32,000 nucleotides of DNA, taken from an uncultured Planctomycetia bacterium (lineage in GTDB: Bacteria; Omnitrophota; Gorgyraeia; Duberdicusellales; 4484-171). The notes beneath the pieces were generated by a model. The model did not search any database, was not told the origin of the DNA, and saw nothing but the letters and a program-made list of their open reading frames with translations. Location: positions 1-32,000 of the forward strand of contig CAZHYN010000001.1 of assembly GCA_964536865.1 (NCBI GenBank). The letters are read 5' to 3'. Positions 1 to 8,594 of the stretch are shown piece after piece (position 1 is the first letter of the stretch; each line of letters starts with the position of its first letter). The translations under genes and the position numbers were made by a program.

Positions 1-189
1 GGTATAGGCTCTTTTTTTATCCTGTTAAGAATTTGTACAGAATGTTTTATAGTGCTATTATATTGATAACGCAAAGCATTCTGTAATCTTTTATCTCAAC
101 ACCTTAAAAAACTAATCTCCTAAATTTAAGGATATTTTTAGAGGCTTAAATAACCTAAATTCATTATAAAGAATAATAACTAAACTAAA

Positions 190-203
190 ACAGTAATTAC
201 TGT
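190..203. promoter_or_regulatory. Perfect 14-bp palindrome ACAGTAATTACTGT, a candidate operator
   Basis: Read directly at 190-203. It lies in the 312-bp ORF-free AT-rich leader, about 110 bp upstream of the ORF at 313. No cognate regulator is visible in the window. Confidence 0.25.
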
Positions 204-312
204 AGTTTTCCTTAACCTTAATAAGGTAGAGAGGTTATAATTGTGTTGATATTACATTTTTGTATTCTACCGTAACCTCTTGCTCTTTTATACATAATGA
301 GGGAAAATATAC

Positions 313-894
313 TTGTCAGTAAATATGGTATTAAGAAAATTTTTAAGAAAACTTACATTCTTAGGATTAAGAAAATTCTATCTTATAGAAATAATTGGGA
401 GAGAGAACATCCCTGCCTCTAAAACAATGGTTATCTTAGGAAATCAGCAAACTTTTCCTGTTGCTGTAGTATTAGAGGAAATTCTAAACTCTCCTATATA
501 CTGGGCGGTATCACCCTCCCTTTATAAGAAGAATTTCTTCCTCACTTTATTTTTAAAGTTCTTTGGTTGCTTTCCTCTAAATCCTATGCTTCCTAATACT
601 CAGGGATTTAGAAAGGCTTTCTTAGTACTAGAGAAGAAAAGGACTTTGGGGTTTTATCCGGGAAAAGTCAACACAGGGGTGGTTCTTTTCTCTTTAAGAT
701 GCGGCTACGAAATCCTTCCTGTAAATACCTCTTTAGAAAAATCTCCTCACCCTTATATAAGGGTAGTTTTTGGCAAAACCTTCAATTTTTATAAATATAA
801 AAATATCCCTATTAATAGAGAGCTTATAGATGGCTTGGTAAAAATTATCACCCACACCTTAAAAGCTCTCAATAAAGGTAACGCTTCCTCTTAA
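313..894 (+). CDS. PlsC/lysophospholipid acyltransferase-like protein with degenerate catalytic motifs
   Basis: 193-aa ORF with TTG at 313 and the first ATG at 325. 'IIGRENIPASKTMVILGNQQTFPVAVVL' resembles the PlsC block 'G.ENIP..GP.I..NHxxxxD', but His and Asp are replaced. The 'FPEGTR' block reads 'FYPGKV'. The family call rests on motif resemblance only. Confidence 0.35.
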   Translation: MSVNMVLRKFLRKLTFLGLRKFYLIEIIGRENIPASKTMVILGNQQTFPVAVVLEEILNSPIYWAVSPSLYKKNFFLTLFLKFFGCFPLNPMLPNTQGFRKAFLVLEKKRTLGFYPGKVNTGVVLFSLRCGYEILPVNTSLEKSPHPYIRVVFGKTFNFYKYKNIPINRELIDGLVKIITHTLKALNKGNASS

Positions 895-929
895 ATTTTA
901 CCTTAAAAGAAAGTAAGGAATAAAATAAT

Positions 930-1000
930 CCACGGGGATGATGGGATTTGTATGTGTTATCCTGAAAGGATTATCACAAAGTGATACAGCACATCCAAAT
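930..1000. repeat. Repeat unit A: degenerate copy of the tRNA-Asp 3' end (930-950) fused to a three-way-junction module (947-999)
   Basis: 930-950 'ccacggggatgatgggatttg' matches 1209-1229 with 3 mismatches. It is followed by TTTG-T-ATGTGTT-[ATCCT GAA AGGAT]-[TATCAC AAA GTGATA]-C-AGCACAT-C-CAAA. Confidence 0.7.
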
Positions 1001-1068
1001 AAGACGTTGGACTAACGAGTAATATCCGTGTTTTGTTTTCAAGGATACACAAGGAAGAAAAATAAAAA

Positions 1069-1144
1069 GCGCGGGGACGATGGGATTTGTATGTGCTATC
1101 CGCCCCAAGCGGATTGTTGCAAAGCAACTTAAGCACATCCAAAA
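1069..1144. repeat. Repeat unit B: exact 21-nt copy of the tRNA-Asp 3' end and trailer (1069-1089) fused to a three-way-junction module (1086-1143)
   Basis: 1069-1089 'gcgcggggacgatgggatttg' is identical to 1209-1229, exactly 140 bp away. It is followed by TTTG-T-ATGTGCT-[ATCCGC CCCAA GCGGAT]-T-[GTTGC AAA GCAAC]-TTA-AGCACAT-C-CAAA. The rest of the unit (1145-1208) is recognisably homologous to 1001-1068. Confidence 0.75.
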
Positions 1145-1211
1145 GACATTGATTGCGTTAAATAATATCCATCCTTTTTCTTGGGAAAACTTAGAGAAAG
1201 AAAATAAAGCG

Positions 1212-1287
1212 CGGGGACGATGGGATTTGAACCCACGCTCACCGGATCGACAGTCCGGGGTCTTAATCCGGGCTAAACGACGTCCCC
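1212..1287 (-). tRNA. tRNA-Asp (anticodon GTC)
   Basis: Hand-folded cloverleaf on the minus strand. Acceptor GGGGACG/CGTCCCC, D stem GTTT/AGAC, anticodon stem CCGGA/TCCGG, loop CTGTCGA, T arm GTGGG-TTCAAAT-CCCAT, discriminator G. CCA is not encoded. Confidence 0.93.
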
Positions 1288-1307
1288 GTAAGATTCAGTT
1301 TTAAGTC

Positions 1308-1713
1308 TTAAGTCGTAAGTTTTGAGTATTTAATTTTAAATGAACTTTGGCTGTGAATGAGCTTAATTAGCATTTTTATTATTTGCTCGTTCTCTGTTTT
1401 AATTACATCAAGTATTGAGGTGTTATCAGTGCCCAATATTTTACCATCTTTTATTAAATTTATCCAGTTATCTACTCCAGAAGCTGAACGTAAAGCAATA
1501 TTTAAAAATCGTATAAATTCTCTTCCTTTAAAATCACCACTTCCTTCAGCAATGTTAGCACCCACAGAAGTGATTGCATTAATGAATTGCTTAAATATAT
1601 TTTCAAACTTTCTACAATTACTATTTCTATAACTCAATTGCTCTTAGAGGATTCTGGTGTGCCTTTTGCCAAACTTTTAACTTTTTATAACTTAAAGACT
1701 CCTGTAACCGCAC
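1308..1713 (-). pseudogene. Four-helix-bundle protein (23S rRNA intervening-sequence protein / Avd-like family), split by a 1-nt frameshift
   Basis: The 109-aa ORF 1308-1637 carries the family signature '...AITSVGANIAEG...REFIRFLNIALRSASGVDNWI'. The family N-terminus ('SYKKLKVWQKAH...') is encoded upstream in another frame: GTG at 1713, stop TAG at 1627-1629. The frames overlap at 1627-1643, and a single indel there would give a protein of about 135 aa. Confidence 0.7.
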
Positions 1714-1768
1714 TTGATTTCTTGCGACTTAACACTTTACTTAATTCCTTAAAACTAACCTATATCCG

Positions 1769-1840
1769 TGGGCGGTAGAGGATTTGAACCTCTGACCTTC
1801 TGAATGTAAGTCAGACGCGCTCCCACTGCGCCAACCGCCC
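1769..1840 (-). tRNA. tRNA-Val (anticodon TAC)
   Basis: Minus-strand cloverleaf. Acceptor GGGCGGT/ACCGCCC, D arm GCGC-AGTGGGA-GCGC, anticodon stem TCTGA/TCAGA with loop CTTACAT, T arm AGAGG-TTCAAAT-CCTCT, discriminator A. Confidence 0.93.
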
Positions 1841-1867
1841 ATTTATTTAATAAAATTATATCTTTTA

Positions 1868-2473
1868 TCATCTCCTAATCAACTCTTTTATTCTCATTAT
1901 TTGAGACAAAAACTCTCTCTCAATTTCACTTAGCTTTGCCTCAATAGACCTTATACAATCTTCTATATAAGGAATAAGAATATACTCCAAAGAGTTAACC
2001 CGTCTTCTTGTTTTTAAAACCTCTTTGGATACTATTTCTAAAGCTAAATAAAGCTCTACCATCTCAAATAGATTCTTTAGAAACTCTCCTTTTTTTAAAA
2101 AAAGGAGGTCTGCTGAAGGAGGTATCTTTAAAGGAGAATACTTTTCTCTCTTTTCCTCAAAATCAATCCTGGGAAGATTTACACTAAGGATTCTCTCTCT
2201 TCTTACTTTTACCTCTAAAGGATTTACCAACTTAAGCAATTCTTCAAAATCAGAGGAAGACACCTGAAACCTTGCAAAGATGAACTCTTGTAAAAAATCC
2301 CTAAATGTGTCTTGCCAGAGAGGAAGTTTCTCTTTAAATTGTTTTATAAGGCGGTGGAATTCTAAAATCAATTTTTCCAGTTTGTCTTCTAAGAGACTGT
2401 GGCCTTTTTGAGCTAAAACTTGTCTCCTCTTTAACCTTAAAAGCTCCATTCTATTAGGATTTACTCTTCTCAT
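1868..2473 (-). CDS. atpD: V/A-type ATPase subunit D
   Basis: 201 aa. The N-terminus '[31 protein letters not shown]' is typical of subunit D. It is the last gene of the operon and has a 4-nt overlap with the B gene. Confidence 0.85.
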   Translation of the reverse strand: MRRVNPNRMELLRLKRRQVLAQKGHSLLEDKLEKLILEFHRLIKQFKEKLPLWQDTFRDFLQEFIFARFQVSSSDFEELLKLVNPLEVKVRRERILSVNLPRIDFEEKREKYSPLKIPPSADLLFLKKGEFLKNLFEMVELYLALEIVSKEVLKTRRRVNSLEYILIPYIEDCIRSIEAKLSEIEREFLSQIMRIKELIRR

Positions 2474-3840
2474 CGCTTAAAGTACTTCTCTAAAATTTGA
2501 GGTCTTATTCGCCTGAGTTCCTCTTGAGGAAATTCAGCTAAAAGTCTCCATCCAATATCCAAAGTCTCCTCAATCGTTCTAGCTTTATTCTCTGATTGCT
2601 TTACAAACTCTTCTTCAAATTTATCCGCAAATTTAAGATAAAGTCTATCTAAACTACTTAGCGCTTCTTCACCTAAAATTAAAGCTAATTCCCTTATCTC
2701 CTGTCCCTTAGCATAACAGGCAAACAATTGATTCAGTAAATCTGCATGATCCTCACGAGTTTTATTCTCTCCTATTCCTTTATCTTTCAATCGAGATAGA
2801 GAAGGCAAAACATCTACTGGAGGATAGATTCCTTTCTTATGAAGAGCACGCGAAAGAATAATTTGGCCTTCGGTAATATACCCAGTTAAATCAGGGATAG
2901 GATGCGTTTTATCATCATCGGGCATAGTAAGAATGGGCATCATGGTAATTGAGCCTTTCTTACCTTTTATTCTTCCTGCTCTTTCATACACTGTGGCTAA
3001 ATCAGTATACATATATCCAGGATATCCCCTTCTTCCCGGCACTTCTTTCCTTGCACTGGATATTTCTCGTAAGGCTTCGCAGTAAAAAGTCATATCTATC
3101 AAAATTACTAAAACGTGCATATCCAATTCAAACGCTAAATACTCCGCAGCGGTTAAAGCAAATCTGGGAGTGGAAAGCCTTTCAATCGTAGACTCGTTAG
3201 CTAAGTTTATAAAAAGCACAGACCTTTCCAGTGCTCCTGTTCTTTTAAAATCCTCAATAAAAAAGTTCGCCTCCTCAAAAGTAATCCCCATACTGGCAAA
3301 AACAACAGCGAATTTCTCTTCCTTACCTAATATGCGTGCCTGGCGAGCAATCTGGGCTGCTACTCTATTGTGGGGGAGACCGCTTCCCGAAAATATAGGT
3401 AGTTTCTGCCCCCTTACTAAAGGATTCATCCCGTCGATAGAGGAAATCCCTGTTTGAATAAACTCAGTAGGATAATCTCTGCTCACAGGATTTATAGGAG
3501 CTCCATTTACATCAAGAAATTTATCTACTGAAGGGGGAGGTAGCTCATCCCGAGGCAAACCTCTTCCATTAAATACTCTTCCCAAAATCTCCTTACTTAC
3601 CCCAAAGGTTTCTGTTTTGCCTAAGAACCTTACTTTACTTTTATCTATATCTAATCCTCTTGTCCCCTCAAATATTTGAATGACAGCTAAATCTTCGGCC
3701 ACTTCAAGAACCTTCCCAAATCTTCTTTCCCCCTCAGGGAGAATTACCTCCGCTAACTCTGCATATTTTACCCCTTCTATCTTTTTTATTACCAAAAGAG
3801 GGCCTTGAATTTGAGAAACAGTCTGATACTCCTTAAACAT
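2470..3840 (-). CDS. atpB: V/A-type ATPase subunit B (non-catalytic)
   Basis: 456 aa. Conserved B-subunit blocks are present: '[15 protein letters not shown]', '[15 protein letters not shown]', '[32 protein letters not shown]'. Confidence 0.95.
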   Translation of the reverse strand: MFKEYQTVSQIQGPLLVIKKIEGVKYAELAEVILPEGERRFGKVLEVAEDLAVIQIFEGTRGLDIDKSKVRFLGKTETFGVSKEILGRVFNGRGLPRDELPPPSVDKFLDVNGAPINPVSRDYPTEFIQTGISSIDGMNPLVRGQKLPIFSGSGLPHNRVAAQIARQARILGKEEKFAVVFASMGITFEEANFFIEDFKRTGALERSVLFINLANESTIERLSTPRFALTAAEYLAFELDMHVLVILIDMTFYCEALREISSARKEVPGRRGYPGYMYTDLATVYERAGRIKGKKGSITMMPILTMPDDDKTHPIPDLTGYITEGQIILSRALHKKGIYPPVDVLPSLSRLKDKGIGENKTREDHADLLNQLFACYAKGQEIRELALILGEEALSSLDRLYLKFADKFEEEFVKQSENKARTIEETLDIGWRLLAEFPQEELRRIRPQILEKYFKR

Positions 3841-6800
3841 CTTTCATCTGCTCCTCTAATTTCTTTTGTAATTCATCAAATTTATCCAGATTCTCCTCAG
3901 GAATAAACTTTGCTCGAGATATATCCACCCTTACGGGAAGACGAACAATTTTTTTCAACTCCTTATTTCTACTTAACGCCTCCTTACTTCTGTAGTAGAA
4001 ACTTAAAATCAACTTTAGCATCAGGTACTGTTTCCTTAAAGAAGTATAAGTATCCTCGGGATGGAAAGCATTCTGATGGAGAAAATCCTCACGAAGAGAG
4101 CGAGCTACTTCTAACTTTAACTTATCCTCACTAGATAAAGCCTCTTCTCCTACCAAACGAGCAATCTCCTTTAACTCCTCTTCTTCTTCCAAAAGCTTCA
4201 TTGCCTCTTTCCTTAAATCCTCAAAGTCCTCACCAATTTTTTCTTTTTTAAACTCTTCTAAAATTTGATGATAAAGGGAGTAACTCAGTAGCCAGTTAAC
4301 TGCAGGGAAATGCCTTGCGTTAGCTAACCTATCATCAAGTCCCCAGAAAACCTTTACCACTTTCAAAGTAGCTCGAACTACAGGGTCAGATAAATCCCCG
4401 CCGGGAGGAGAGACTGCACCAATTATACTTAAAGCTCCTCTACGTGGATCACTCCCTAAACATAAAACTTTTCCTGCTCTCTCATAAAACTCTGCCAGAC
4501 GTGCCGGTAAATACGCCGGATATCCTTCTTCTCCCGGCATCTCCTCCATACGTCCAGATATTTCCCGCAAAGCCTCAGCCCAGCGAGAGGTTGAATCTGC
4601 CATCAAAGCTACCGAATACCCTTGATCTCTAAAATACTCTGCAATTGTAATTCCTGTATAAATACTTGCTTCACGCGCTGCTACAGGCATATTAGATGTA
4701 TTAGCAATTATTACAGTTCTTTCCATTAAAGACTTACCAGTATAGGGGTCGGTAAGCTTTGGTAAGCTTAATAAAAGATCAGCAACTTCATTACCTCTTT
4801 CTCCAGCAGCGATATAAATAATTACTTGAGCGTCAACCCACCGTGCTATCTGATGAAGTACCACTGTATTGTGGAGAATTAAAGGACCGTGTCCCCCTAC
4901 AAAGTTATGACCTAAAGGAACTTCGATATCATACACATCTTTACAATCAACTTTCTCTATTTTTTCTACCACAGGGTCAAAAAATATCTCTTCACTAATT
5001 TCTATAAACTTCTTTAAAGAGGATGGGATATTCACATGACCATTTAAAATTTTAATAATCCTCTTAAGCAGAGGGATGCTTATTTTTCTATTCTTATCTT
5101 TATAAAGATAACTACTGCAGTTGATTCCTTTTTTAAATAAAAAATTAATTATACCTTTTTGGGATAAAATATGCCTAAGTTCTGAAGGAAGGGGTATTGC
5201 TTCTAAAAAATAATTAGTTTTTTGTCTTAAGTGATTCAAATCTTTTTCTTCCTTTAATAATCGAAAAAGAAATGGATTCTTTTTAAAATCATGAAGAGAA
5301 TTAATAATTAACCTATAAGTTTTATCCTTTCTTTGCTTAATAAAACTTGTTAATATTCCTAACCTTAAAAATAAAAAGCTCAATTCCTCAAGCAATCTTT
5401 TACTAGCGGAGGTAATTTCACATCTTTGGTTCTTTCTATCTATACTTCCATCACAGATTATATAGGCTCCTAAAAAAGCACCTACAGTGTTATCACTAGA
5501 CCTCATAATACACTCAGGAACCTTTGCCCTTTTTGCCTTTTGAATGTAGGGTAAACCTAAAGCTACTAAGAACTCAAAAAGTGCTTTACAATCTATCTGA
5601 GCAATGTGAAGATTGCCTTTAGGGTGTTTATAAATATAAGGGGTAATTGCGAATAGTTTCTGAGAAAGATAACAAAATCTATCTATGATTCTTGGTGAAC
5701 TACTATAAAATCTAATAGAGAAACTGCTTGATTTTAGATTTCCGTCTCCTATAATATAACCTAAAAATTCACCTAAATAAGGAGTTACTTTCTCAGGAAC
5801 AATTATCTTTTTACCATGGTAACTACATATCTGCTTAGGGGTAGTAACAAAAATTTTGGATTTCTCCTTTATTTCTTTAAATATACTTAAAGGAATTATT
5901 CTTTCTCTCCTTAGATATTTCTTATACTCTTTAGGAAGAATACCTTTCTTAATTAAATCTTTAATACACGCTTTTATGATTTGATTAGCATGGAGATCTT
6001 TAGAGAATAAATCTCTTCTGAGAAGGATATCAACAACATTTAAGGAGACATCTTTTAAACCCAGTTTAACCTTTCTAGGTAAAGCAAGATAATCTCCTTC
6101 ATTTATTTCCCCAGCAGGAACTTCTTTTAGCTGACCATCCTTTAATACTAAAAGTTTATGGACAGGTGTTACTTCTACACTTTTACCTGTTTTTGTTCTA
6201 ATAAATACAGTAATATCTGTTTTTCCTTTATAAAAAGCTACCGGTTCACCAAGCTTAAATCTCTCTTTATGAAAGGATATTGTGGAGGGGTTTTTAAGCT
6301 CTTTTATGTCATAGACTTCCTCATAAGGATTTTTCAGGAGTAACTTTCCCTTTTTTACTACCTCCTTGTAAATATCTTTTATAGTAACGACTCTGCCATC
6401 TCCTAACAATACCGGGGTGTCTGCGGTTACACACTTCCCACTACCAAAGGGTCCAGGCACACAGGCAGTCCCTCCTTTAGCTACCGGGAAAAATGTATCC
6501 AAAACTCGCTGTCCGGTAGAAAGAATCTGGGAAGGCATCAATCTTTCTTTAAAAGGACGCGGAACTCTTATTGACCAGACCTGATATAACTTTACCTCAA
6601 TTATCTCCTTATCTTTATCCTTAAGCTTGCAAACAACATCTTCTATAAAAAATTCCCCTTCCTTTATTTCTACAATTTCAGCTTCTTTAACAGAAGGAGG
6701 GATCATTATTTTATGCTTAATTAAACCTGTTTCCTCAACCTCTCCAATTATATCTCCTCCAACAACTTTATCCTTAGCTTTTTTTAATGGTTTAAAGAAC

Positions 6801-7156
6801 CATTTTTTCTTTCTATCTAAAGCAGGTATATCCACGCCCCTTTTTATAAAATCTCCCTCTTTTTTATAAATCTCATCTAAGGGCCTCTGAATACCATCAA
6901 AAATTTTTCCCAAAAGCCCGGGGCCTAACTCCACACTAAGAGGAAAACCAGTTAAAACTACTTTTTCCTTTGGGCCTATGCCGGAGGTGTCTTCATATAC
7001 TTGAATAAAAGCTAACTCGCCTCTTAATTCTATAATCTCTCCTATGAGGCCTAAATTGCCTACACGGACAACATCGTACATTTTTGCCCCTAAGCAGTTT
7101 TTAGCTACCACTAAAGGGCCACTTACTCTCACAATGTAGGGGGTATTGGTCTTCAT
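3833..7156 (-). CDS. atpA: V/A-type ATPase catalytic subunit A precursor containing an intein
   Basis: 1107 aa. The exteins (aa 1-241 and 764-1107, 585 aa in total) carry A-subunit blocks: '[27 protein letters not shown]|T', 'GERGNEV', '[27 protein letters not shown]'. The middle 522 aa are the intein. Confidence 0.95.
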   Translation of the reverse strand: MKTNTPYIVRVSGPLVVAKNCLGAKMYDVVRVGNLGLIGEIIELRGELAFIQVYEDTSGIGPKEKVVLTGFPLSVELGPGLLGKIFDGIQRPLDEIYKKEGDFIKRGVDIPALDRKKKWFFKPLKKAKDKVVGGDIIGEVEETGLIKHKIMIPPSVKEAEIVEIKEGEFFIEDVVCKLKDKDKEIIEVKLYQVWSIRVPRPFKERLMPSQILSTGQRVLDTFFPVAKGGTACVPGPFGSGKCVTADTPVLLGDGRVVTIKDIYKEVVKKGKLLLKNPYEEVYDIKELKNPSTISFHKERFKLGEPVAFYKGKTDITVFIRTKTGKSVEVTPVHKLLVLKDGQLKEVPAGEINEGDYLALPRKVKLGLKDVSLNVVDILLRRDLFSKDLHANQIIKACIKDLIKKGILPKEYKKYLRRERIIPLSIFKEIKEKSKIFVTTPKQICSYHGKKIIVPEKVTPYLGEFLGYIIGDGNLKSSSFSIRFYSSSPRIIDRFCYLSQKLFAITPYIYKHPKGNLHIAQIDCKALFEFLVALGLPYIQKAKRAKVPECIMRSSDNTVGAFLGAYIICDGSIDRKNQRCEITSASKRLLEELSFLFLRLGILTSFIKQRKDKTYRLIINSLHDFKKNPFLFRLLKEEKDLNHLRQKTNYFLEAIPLPSELRHILSQKGIINFLFKKGINCSSYLYKDKNRKISIPLLKRIIKILNGHVNIPSSLKKFIEISEEIFFDPVVEKIEKVDCKDVYDIEVPLGHNFVGGHGPLILHNTVVLHQIARWVDAQVIIYIAAGERGNEVADLLLSLPKLTDPYTGKSLMERTVIIANTSNMPVAAREASIYTGITIAEYFRDQGYSVALMADSTSRWAEALREISGRMEEMPGEEGYPAYLPARLAEFYERAGKVLCLGSDPRRGALSIIGAVSPPGGDLSDPVVRATLKVVKVFWGLDDRLANARHFPAVNWLLSYSLYHQILEEFKKEKIGEDFEDLRKEAMKLLEEEEELKEIARLVGEEALSSEDKLKLEVARSLREDFLHQNAFHPEDTYTSLRKQYLMLKLILSFYYRSKEALSRNKELKKIVRLPVRVDISRAKFIPEENLDKFDELQKKLEEQMKDV
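4868..6433 (-). mobile_element. Intein (522 aa) with a LAGLIDADG homing-endonuclease domain, inserted in the Walker A motif of the A subunit
   Basis: The Cys1 codon is at 6431-6433 (aca, reverse complement tgt). The terminal Asn codon is at 4868-4870, and the +1 Thr codon is at 4865-4867. Block A is [13 protein letters not shown] and block B is VTPVHKLLV. The LAGLIDADG motifs are [10 protein letters not shown] and [11 protein letters not shown]. Blocks F/G are [23 protein letters not shown]. Confidence 0.9.
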
Positions 7157-7446
7157 CTTAAAATACCCTCCCCCACTACCTCTCTTATAAACTCTCTCAT
7201 CTTCTCAAAAATAATCATCTCCTTTTTCTTTAAATCAACTAAAGGAACTATTATCTTATGAGGATAAATTTTTTTCAAGTCCTCATATAAGGATTTTTCT
7301 GTAAAAACAAACTCATAATTTTCTAAACTCAATCTTTCTTCATCTTTGAAACTAATAACATCCATTCCTAAGAATTTAAAGAAAGAGGCTATTTTCTCTG
7401 ATTTAGGGCTTAACTCAGGAGTCGTTACCAAAATTACCTTAGCCAT
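7153..7446 (-). CDS. atpF: V/A-type ATPase subunit F
   Basis: 97 aa. Size and position match the canonical G-I-K-E-C-F-A-B-D order, immediately upstream of A with a 4-nt overlap. The sequence itself is weakly diagnostic. Confidence 0.6.
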   Translation of the reverse strand: MAKVILVTTPELSPKSEKIASFFKFLGMDVISFKDEERLSLENYEFVFTEKSLYEDLKKIYPHKIIVPLVDLKKKEMIIFEKMREFIREVVGEGILR

Positions 7447-8176
7447 ACACTACTTTTATAACCTCTTTTGCCTTCTCTCTATCTAAAGAGTAATCCAATA
7501 CCCCTATGATGAATTTAATTACTTCTAAATTTAACTTTTTAGCGAAGTAAAACCAAAAAATTATCCCCAAAGAGAGAAGCTCCTTTTTTTTCTCTTCCCA
7601 AAATCCCACAAGATACTTTTTCATCAAAAAATGAAGGAGGTAATTTTTCTCTCTTTTTAAAATCTCTTCTGCTTCTTGGAAGAAAGGCTTTGTCTTAGGA
7701 TTGAGAGCAAAAAAAAGCCTTCTCTCTAAATCCTGTGGTAGCCTAAACTTATCTCCATCGAGATAGTACTCCTCTTTTAACTGGTACGTTTTTATCCTTA
7801 AGAAATTTAAAATATCAAGGATAATCAGGTAAAATTTTATAAATTCTTTTAAATCCTTTTGATACTTCCCGCCTTTCTGGAGAAACTCCACTAAACTATA
7901 AGGGTTTTCTACCTCCTGGAAAAAGCCTCTTAACTCTTCTTGAGGTAGTAGTTGTTGGCAAATTTCCTTTAACATTTCTCCCTCTCTAATAAATATCTCC
8001 TCCCAGTATAGATTCTCTCTTTTTAAATTTTCCTGGCAGAGAAAAGTATCTTTGATTTTTGACAGAGCTTCTCCCAAATTTAATTTTACAATCTCTTCCA
8101 AAAGAGAAGGAGACACCAAAGTCTTCTCTAAAATACCTATTTTTCCTAAGGCAAAACTAATCGTGCTTTGGTTCAT
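7439..8176 (-). CDS. atpC: V/A-type ATPase subunit C (d-type), short form
   Basis: 245 aa, helical, located between the E and F genes. The N-terminus ('FALGKIGILEKTLVS') and C-terminus ('LGIIFWFYFAKKLNLEVIKFII') resemble subunit C ends. It is shorter than the roughly 320 aa usually seen. Confidence 0.55.
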   Translation of the reverse strand: MNQSTISFALGKIGILEKTLVSPSLLEEIVKLNLGEALSKIKDTFLCQENLKRENLYWEEIFIREGEMLKEICQQLLPQEELRGFFQEVENPYSLVEFLQKGGKYQKDLKEFIKFYLIILDILNFLRIKTYQLKEEYYLDGDKFRLPQDLERRLFFALNPKTKPFFQEAEEILKREKNYLLHFLMKKYLVGFWEEKKKELLSLGIIFWFYFAKKLNLEVIKFIIGVLDYSLDREKAKEVIKVVYG

Positions 8177-8594
8177 ATAAGAAAAATTTATCTATCTGAT
8201 CAGCGAATTTTTCTTTTAAAAATTTTAGAAATTCTCCGTAAGAAAGTAGCTCTTCTCTCTCTCCAGAGGGAGTGATTATTTTCTTCTTAGGCAACTTATG
8301 GGGATTCTTCTCTAGAAACTCCTTTACTTTCTCTAAAGCTTCGTAGATAATTTTCTCCTTCTCCTCAAGGATTCTTTTTTTTATCTCTAATTTTGCCTTA
8401 AATATCTCCTCTTCTTTTTTTCTCAAAAGAATCTCTTTTTCTCTAGAAAACCATTCTTCAAAGTGAGAGCGAGCCTCTTCTTTCAGAGTTTGTAAAATTT
8501 CGTCTTTTCTCTTTTTTGCTTCCTCCAGAAGCTTTCTTTTTTCTTCTTCCTTTTCCTGAACAATCTTTTCTAAAAAAGACTCAAGCTCCTTCAT
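8157..8594 (-). CDS. atpE: V/A-type ATPase subunit E (peripheral stalk)
   Basis: I place the start at ATG 8592-8594 (MKELESFLEKIV...), which overlaps the TGA stop of the K gene as ATGA. The upstream part of the tracked ORF (to 8783) lies out of frame inside the K gene. The product is 145 aa with a K/E-rich coiled coil. Confidence 0.65.
   Translation of the reverse strand: MKELESFLEKIVQEKEEEKRKLLEEAKKRKDEILQTLKEEARSHFEEWFSREKEILLRKKEEEIFKAKLEIKKRILEEKEKIIYEALEKVKEFLEKNPHKLPKKKIITPSGEREELLSYGEFLKFLKEKFADQIDKFFLYEPKHD

Noticed and set aside
36-85. 9-bp inverted repeat TACAGAATG ... CATTCTGTA with a 32-nt loop
   Set aside because: It is real in the sequence, but it is isolated and AT-rich. It has no T-tract or adjacent gene end within the window, so there is not enough context to call a terminator or an RNA.
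957-1304. ORFs 957-1142 (-) and 1080-1304 (+)
   Set aside because: They run through the tRNA-Asp gene and the tRNA-derived repeat units. They have no protein-like motifs, so they are read-through artefacts of non-coding DNA.
930-1713. Diversity-generating retroelement (Avd-like gene plus nearby repeats as template/variable repeats)
   Set aside because: Differences between the two repeat units are not adenine-specific; they are compensatory stem changes and indels. The repeats are not inside a target gene, and no reverse transcriptase is present in the window.
1357-1778. ORFs 1357-1632 (+) and 1587-1778 (+)
   Set aside because: They are antisense to the four-helix-bundle gene and its upstream leader, with low-complexity I/L/S/F-rich translations typical of shadow frames in AT-rich DNA.
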